From assembly GCF_051097895.1 (NCBI RefSeq), contig NZ_CP142525.1, forward strand, positions 1,110,001 through 1,142,000: a stretch of DNA of 32,000 nt. The letters run 5' to 3'. Origin of the DNA: Psychrobacter sp. HD31. Lineage in GTDB: Bacteria > Pseudomonadota > Gammaproteobacteria > Pseudomonadales > Moraxellaceae. This document shows positions 26,275 through 32,000 of the stretch, one piece after another. The position numbers and the translations under genes are program-made. Position 1 is the first letter of the stretch; every line of letters starts with the position of its first letter. The notes below the pieces were generated by a model, which was not told where the DNA came from, did not search any database, and saw only the letters and a list, made by a program, of their open reading frames with translations.

Positions 26275-28107
26275 TTAAAACCATTCAACTTGCATATCAG
26301 TGCAAACTGAGTTGGTGTTGGTTAATAAATCAATATCACGGCTAACGCTGGGGAGTTCCCAATCAATAAAATACTTCGCCGCTTGTAACTTACCTTGATA
26401 GTAGTTTTGTTTGTCTTGTTCATTATCATCATTAGCAATGGCGTGCAGAAGCTGTTCTGCTTTACCTGCCTGACGTAGCCAAATCCAACTTACCACTACC
26501 GATGAGAAAATATTCATTAATGCTTGTGCATTCCCTGTTAAAGTAATGGCTTCTTGTGTTGGCAATAACTTGGTAATTTGTAATAAAACCGCTTGTAGTT
26601 TTGCCATATAGGGTTGTAGTTTCTGAGCAAGCAATGCCGTTTGTGGCGAGTGATTGTCAGGTTCAACAATGATTGCCATGTCTTTTTCGATTTCTTGTGT
26701 TAGCACTTGCAAGCCCAATCCGTTGTTTTGCCACAGTTTACGGAATGATAAATCCAATGCCTGAATACCGTTAGTGCCTTCATGAATCGGGTTCAAACGG
26801 TTGTCACGCCAAAATTGTTCGGCAAAATATTCACGGGTGTAGCCCGCACCGCCTAATATTTGAATGCCCAAATCATTTGCCTTTGGTCCATATTCTGAAG
26901 GCCATGCTTTAAGCACTGGGGTTAATAAATCCAACAGCTCTTTTAGCTCAGCTCTGCGTTTGTCGTCATCACAAGTGTTAATACGGTCAATTAAGTTTGA
27001 GCCATATAAACATAAGGAGATACCGCCTTCAGCATAAGCTTTTTGGGCAAGCAACATACGTTTGACATCACCATGATGAATGATGGGCGTCGCTGGGTCT
27101 TCAGGTTTGTTGTTGGGTGCAATTCTGCCTTGGGTACGGTCTTTGGCGTAGTCTAGCGAATATTGATAACCACGGTAGCCAATCATAGATGCCCCAAAGC
27201 CTACGCCAATGCGTGCCTCATTCATCATCATAAACATATAACGCAGACCAAAATGTTCTTCACCCACAAGATAACCGTGGCAATCGTCTGCATCGCCAAA
27301 GCTTAAAGCGGTTGAGGTTGTACCACGGTAGCCAAGCTTATGTAGCAAGCCTGCCAAATGCACATCATTACGTTGTCCAACCGATAAATCATCATTCAAG
27401 CGATATTTTGGTACAACAAATAATGAGATGCCTTTCACCCCTGCAGGACCACCTGGTACTTTTGCCAATACCAAATGGACAATATTGTCAGACAGTTCAT
27501 GCTCACCACCTGAGATATAAATTTTACTGCCTTTAATGCGATAACTGCCATCCGCTTGTTTCACCGCAGTGGTTCTAATATCAGCAAGTGATGAGCCGGC
27601 ATGTGGTTCAGTCAATGCCATCGTGCCTGTAAAGTCACCCGTTAGCATTCTTGGCACAAAGGCATTTTTAATGTCTTCGCTGGCACAGTGCATAATCACA
27701 TTGGCAGCCGCTGAGGTCAAAAATGGGTAAGCCGTTGTGGATGGGTTGGCAGCCATAAAATAGCCTGATAAAGCAGTCAATACCGTTTCTGGCAGTTGCA
27801 TGCCACCGTCTTCAAATGAATAACGACCTGCAATAAAGCCTGATTCTCGAAAGGCATCAAATGCAACCTTCACATCATCAATCATGCTCACTTTTTTACC
27901 ATCAAACTGTGGTTCATCTTTATCAGCAAGATGGTTGTGTGGTAAAAACAGATTGGTTGCCATTTTTTTGGCAGTGTCTAACACCGCATCAAAGGTGGCT
28001 TTATTATGCTCGGCAAATTTAGGGTGCGTACAAAGGGTTTCTGTATCAAGTACATCATACAGCTGAAAAGGCAGTTCAAAATCATGGATAAGGGTATCGG
28101 CAGCCAT
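26275..28107 (-). CDS. Long-form acyl-CoA dehydrogenase (paralog of 15467-17287)
   Basis: 610 aa. GTMALTEPHAGSSLADI, KIYISGGEHELSDNIVHLVLAKVPGGPAGVKGISLFVVPKY, GGAGYTREY...RDNRLNPIHEGTNGIQALDL. These blocks align with the other ACAD in the window. Confidence 0.9.
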   Translation of the reverse strand: MAADTLIHDFELPFQLYDVLDTETLCTHPKFAEHNKATFDAVLDTAKKMATNLFLPHNHLADKDEPQFDGKKVSMIDDVKVAFDAFRESGFIAGRYSFEDGGMQLPETVLTALSGYFMAANPSTTAYPFLTSAAANVIMHCASEDIKNAFVPRMLTGDFTGTMALTEPHAGSSLADIRTTAVKQADGSYRIKGSKIYISGGEHELSDNIVHLVLAKVPGGPAGVKGISLFVVPKYRLNDDLSVGQRNDVHLAGLLHKLGYRGTTSTALSFGDADDCHGYLVGEEHFGLRYMFMMMNEARIGVGFGASMIGYRGYQYSLDYAKDRTQGRIAPNNKPEDPATPIIHHGDVKRMLLAQKAYAEGGISLCLYGSNLIDRINTCDDDKRRAELKELLDLLTPVLKAWPSEYGPKANDLGIQILGGAGYTREYFAEQFWRDNRLNPIHEGTNGIQALDLSFRKLWQNNGLGLQVLTQEIEKDMAIIVEPDNHSPQTALLAQKLQPYMAKLQAVLLQITKLLPTQEAITLTGNAQALMNIFSSVVVSWIWLRQAGKAEQLLHAIANDDNEQDKQNYYQGKLQAAKYFIDWELPSVSRDIDLLTNTNSVCTDMQVEWF

Positions 28108-28370
28108 TGCGTCCTCGCTATTGTGTTATCTTCCTGAAAAAGGGCGTATCAAATCTGCTCATGTAATTCTGAGATAATTGGTAGGATTTGATAAAGTCCA
28201 ATGATAGTAGCTTATTTTTTTGCCATGCCCAATTGTCATTTATGACTTTATTATGGCTATAAGTGACATTTTAATAAATCCTTGATACACTGAGTTTGCT
28301 ATTTTTTCTAAAAATTGTCTTATTTTCTACCGCTAAATTCATCTCAAAAAGGAATAAAAAGGAAGCACCA

Positions 28371-29375
28371 ATGCCGTTATATCGTCGTTTAAAAGTGATT
28401 ATTGTCGGATTTGATGGCGTGCTTGGCAGTGCGTTAACCGGTGCGTTGGATATATTTTCATTTACCGGTGTTAGCTGGCAACGGTTTTTAGGAAAGTCGG
28501 TAGAGCCAAGGTTTGATGTGCAAATTGCTAGCTTAAACGGTGCAAGCATCCGTTGTAGTAATCGCCTTATGCTACAACCGCATTGTGATATTGCAAGCAT
28601 AGAAAATTGTGATTTGTTATTGATTCCGACCATTGGCGACTCGGTTGATAAAGTGCTGGCAAACAATAAAGTACTAATACCGCATTTACAGCGACTGGCG
28701 CAAACCAATGCAGACATTGCAAGCAACTGTAGTGGTGCGTTTTTTTTGGCAAAAGCAGGCGTATTAGATGGACGGGTAGCCACCACCCATTGGGGATATG
28801 CCAATAAATTTAAACAAGATTACCCCAAGGTTAATTTGCAAGAAAATCAGTTTGTCACACAAGCGGATAATATTTTTTGTGCAGCAGGCGGCAGTGCTTT
28901 TTATGACTTGTCTTTATTGTTAATAGAGCGTTATTGTGGGCGAGAAATTTCTACACAGGTGGCAAAAACCCAAGTAATTGATGGCAGACGCGGCAATCAA
29001 AACAGCTATAACAACATTAAGCTCTATAAACCACACTCAGATAGTTTGGTAAAAACCGTGCAAAACTACATCGAAGATAATTTTACACAGCCATTAAGTG
29101 TTGCTCAATTAGCAGATATGGTCAACGTCACTACGAGAACCTTAAACAGACGTTTTCAAGCATGTGTGGATATGAGACCAATTGAGTATATTCAAGCAAT
29201 ACGCATCGAACACGCCAAGCGATTGCTAGAATCAGGAGAAGTCACTATTAAATCCTTGGCACATCAAGTGGGCTATGATGATTTATCCTCATTTAGCCGT
29301 TTGTTTAAGCGAGCGACTGAGCTAACGCCAAAAGAGTATCAAAAGAAGTTTATTTACAAAAGATTATCAAAGTAG
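28371..29375 (+). CDS. GlxA-family transcriptional regulator (DJ-1/PfpI-like N-terminal domain plus AraC-type HTH)
   Basis: MPLYRRLKVIIVGFDGVLGSALTG... The C-terminus, LSVAQLADMVNVTTRTLNRRF...GYDDLSSFSRLFKRATELTPKEY, is AraC HTH. AGGAAG RBS supports the ATG at 28371 rather than the track start at 28296. Divergent from the ACAD operon. Confidence 0.85.
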   Translation: MPLYRRLKVIIVGFDGVLGSALTGALDIFSFTGVSWQRFLGKSVEPRFDVQIASLNGASIRCSNRLMLQPHCDIASIENCDLLLIPTIGDSVDKVLANNKVLIPHLQRLAQTNADIASNCSGAFFLAKAGVLDGRVATTHWGYANKFKQDYPKVNLQENQFVTQADNIFCAAGGSAFYDLSLLLIERYCGREISTQVAKTQVIDGRRGNQNSYNNIKLYKPHSDSLVKTVQNYIEDNFTQPLSVAQLADMVNVTTRTLNRRFQACVDMRPIEYIQAIRIEHAKRLLESGEVTIKSLAHQVGYDDLSSFSRLFKRATELTPKEYQKKFIYKRLSK

Positions 29376-29401
29376 TAGATAAAGAAGCTAAAAAGATAAT
29401 G

Positions 29402-29485
29402 AATAAACTGTTTAACTTTACAAAATAATTGAGTGTATTAGTCCGCCTAAAACTGCGGATAGCATTATAAGTTAAACAGTTTATT
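29402..29485. repeat. 17-bp perfect inverted repeat; the right arm is the last codons of the CPBP gene
   Basis: AATAAACTGTTTAACTT at 29402-29418 and its exact reverse complement at 29469-29485. The 50-nt loop contains an inner hairpin, TCCGC-ctaaaact-GCGGA. Confidence 0.7.
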
Positions 29486-30340
29486 ACTAAGCAAGCTAAC
29501 CAACCATCTCATAACCATCACAATACATAGTGTTAACAAAGGCAGTAACAAGATTACTAAATCAAGCGAAATAATCCCTTGTGAAAAAGCCATATGTCCT
29601 GCTACTTTACTTTGCCATAAGGCAATCGCATTATTGATGCTATGGAACATAATAGGCGCAATAAGAGCGCCTGTCACCGCATACAACCAGCATGCTAAAA
29701 CGCCCATGAGCATCAACATCATCATTTGAACATCTTGCCCACCACCACCATGTGCACTGGCAAATAAAAATACTGATACCAACATGGCAAGCACAAATGC
29801 AAACCATTTTTTTGTTTGGATGCTTGTGTTGTTTAGTATGCGTTTTTGTTTAAACAAACTATTAAAAAGGCTACGGAAGATTAACCCACGAAATAGCAAT
29901 TCCTCATTTAAAGGGGCAAATATACCAATGGAAAGAAGCAGCATAAGATCTTTGCCATAATGTTTACCAAAGCCTAAACTTTGCATGACCATCTTACTGG
30001 CTTCTTCGGCATTTTTATCTTGCTGTTCAAACAGATACACCAGCCCAGTAAAAACGATAACAGCTAACAACGTATAGATGATGGTTTTAAAGGAGTTACC
30101 CCACGCCAAACCAACATCTTGCATAATAGTTTGGGTGTTTATTTTTTTATTTGGAGACTGACGAGTAAGTAACCATAACAAGAGTATTGGCAGTAGCAAC
30201 ATTAACCACATGCTAATATGGTGATTAATACCAAACAAAAGCAAGATGATAGAAAATATATAGGCTATCAGTGCAAACCACCAACGCCAGTTGCCAGCAT
30301 ATAAATCCAAACTAAAAAGGTGTGAGGTGTTTTTGTTCAT
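29465..30340 (-). CDS. CPBP family intramembrane glutamic endopeptidase (CAAX protease / Abi-like)
   Basis: 291 aa polytopic membrane protein with NEELLFRGLIFRS (EExxxR motif), FASAHGGG and FHSINNAIA (HxxxN/D motif). Confidence 0.85.
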   Translation of the reverse strand: MNKNTSHLFSLDLYAGNWRWWFALIAYIFSIILLLFGINHHISMWLMLLLPILLLWLLTRQSPNKKINTQTIMQDVGLAWGNSFKTIIYTLLAVIVFTGLVYLFEQQDKNAEEASKMVMQSLGFGKHYGKDLMLLLSIGIFAPLNEELLFRGLIFRSLFNSLFKQKRILNNTSIQTKKWFAFVLAMLVSVFLFASAHGGGGQDVQMMMLMLMGVLACWLYAVTGALIAPIMFHSINNAIALWQSKVAGHMAFSQGIISLDLVILLLPLLTLCIVMVMRWLVSLLSNKLFNL

Positions 30341-30495
30341 AGTGTTGGTCCATGGTCGAGTTGCGCTCCTGTCTAGCTAACACCACCTGTTGTTAATTTA
30401 CGCATTGATAACCGCAATTTTCCAAGCTCATGTATAAGATTTTCGATATAAATTTTATGAGAATTAATATGAAATTCATCAAATTGATTAAATTA

Positions 30496-30855
30496 TTATT
30501 TCGAGATACAACTTCCATAATACTGAGATGGGATTAGCTTACCAAATATCACAGAGTTTCGCGAATGTACTGCTTCAAGTTTTGAAGTGATTGTAGTTGT
30601 CATCACATTACCAGTATCTGTTATTTCTATGAATGTTCTCGCTTCATCATTAAATATATAAGCCACTTCCTTACTCCCATTATTACCAATAATATATGCT
30701 TTTCCGGAGATATCATCTAACAAGAAAGTAAGTTTGAGATCCTCTTCATCTAAAGTTTTACCATTTGAAAATGAATCAAAATTACAATCATAATTTACTG
30801 TAGCAAAGACATGTGTACAGACAAAAAATAACATAATGGAAGTTAATAATTTCAT
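30496..30855 (-). CDS. Small secreted protein of unknown function
   Basis: 119 aa. Signal peptide MKLLTSIMLFFVCTHVFA|T. The mature part is beta-rich, with Cys near each end (NYDCNF ... YYGSCISK). AGGAG RBS (complement of ctcct at 30867-30871). About 31% GC from hand counts of three 60-nt lines. Confidence 0.6.
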   Translation of the reverse strand: MKLLTSIMLFFVCTHVFATVNYDCNFDSFSNGKTLDEEDLKLTFLLDDISGKAYIIGNNGSKEVAYIFNDEARTFIEITDTGNVMTTTITSKLEAVHSRNSVIFGKLIPSQYYGSCISK

Positions 30856-30954
30856 TACTGACTCCTTAAGTAAACAAGTAAAAAGATTGATATCGAATTA
30901 TAATTCAACACTTACAATACTACCATCTAATCTACAACAAACTCCAAACCAACC

Positions 30955-30992
30955 AATAAAAAACCGCCCCACTCAGTGAGCGGGGCGGTTTT
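30955..30992 (-). terminator. rrn operon rho-independent terminator
   Basis: Minus strand reads CCGCCCCGCTCACTGAGTGGGGCGG followed by TTTTTTAT, about 27 nt after the 5S 3' end. Confidence 0.8.
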
Positions 30993-31018
30993 GGAGTAAC
31001 CGGTTGGGTTACGAATAA

Positions 31019-31135
31019 GGAGCTGACGATGACCTACTCTCACATGGGCGAACCACACTACCATTGGCGCGAAGACGTTTCACTTCTGAGTTCGGGAAGG
31101 GATCAGGTGGTTCCATCTTGCTATTATCGTCAGCG
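31019..31135 (-). rRNA. rrf: 5S ribosomal RNA
   Basis: The reverse complement reads CGCTGACGATAATAGCAAGATGGAACCACCTGATCCCTTCCCGAACTCAGAAGTGAAACG...CCATGTGAGAGTAGGTCATCGTCAGC. These are canonical 5S helices, closest to the Pseudomonadales-type 5S as recalled. Confidence 0.95.
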
Positions 31136-31279
31136 AAGGGGTTTTAACAACAGCAACCGACTAGGTTGCTAGTAGAAATGAGTTTTATATATGTCTTTCG
31201 ACTTTCAAGATTATTATCTGATATCAAGCTTATGATGATATCGAAATTATATTAACTATATAAACCATTTTGGTATTGT

Positions 31280-32000
<721 letters not shown>

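Noticed and set aside
28230-28300. GTCAT-tt-ATGAC palindrome in the ACAD/GlxA divergent region, and a similar AGTCAT-N12-ATGACT upstream of WS/DGAT (10350-10375), as a shared operator
   Set aside because: The arms are only 5-6 bp in AT-rich DNA and the spacings differ. That is too weak to claim a common regulator without genome-wide motif statistics.
28271-28804. 177-aa minus-strand ORF, plus the smaller 28567-28752 ORF
   Set aside because: It is antisense to the well-supported GlxA/AraC regulator gene. It has an odd Cys/Ser-rich composition, no RBS and no recognisable motifs, so it is a shadow ORF.
30469-30537. 22-codon plus-strand ORF (MKFIKLIKLLFRDTTSIILRWD) between the CPBP and small-protein genes
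   Set aside because: It has no RBS, overlaps the 3' end of the minus-strand 119-aa gene, and has low-complexity AT-driven composition.

Overview
AT-rich (about 40% GC from hand counts of a few lines) gammaproteobacterial chromosomal window. The 5S rRNA is of the Pseudomonadales, Moraxellaceae or Oceanospirillales type, and an AtfA-like wax ester synthase is present. I cannot name the species without a database search. All protein calls rest on motif and alignment recall, not on a search.

I support about 25 protein genes, in this order:
- partial M16C (PreP-like) metalloprotease, running off the left edge
- TonB-dependent receptor with a Fur-like box
- epmA, pckA, pdxB
- AI-2E transporter
- WS/DGAT, followed at 12 nt by two paralogous exported proteins of unknown function
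- an orphan lipoprotein
- aroE
- long acyl-CoA dehydrogenase
- L36 type-B paralog preceded by a Zur box
- ybaK
- an orphan 31-residue tandem-repeat Gly/Asn/His/Asp protein
- rapA
- a lipid/CoA-type cluster: CitE-like lyase, two SDRs, an MDR enone-reductase-like enzyme, a second long ACAD and a divergent GlxA/AraC regulator
- a lower-GC pair: small secreted protein plus CPBP intramembrane protease
- the 3' end of an rrn operon (5S plus partial 23S, minus strand)

I saw no CRISPR array, transposase, integrase, tRNA or recognisable defence gene.

The items that known families do not explain are:
- the repeat protein at 18278-18802 and its repeat-rich upstream region
- the WS/DGAT-linked paralog pair
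- the CPBP and small secreted protein islet, with a 17-bp perfect inverted copy of the CPBP gene's 3' end
- several phased direct repeats and orphan hairpins in intergenic regions

None of these is a demonstrated system. All functional readings are hypotheses.
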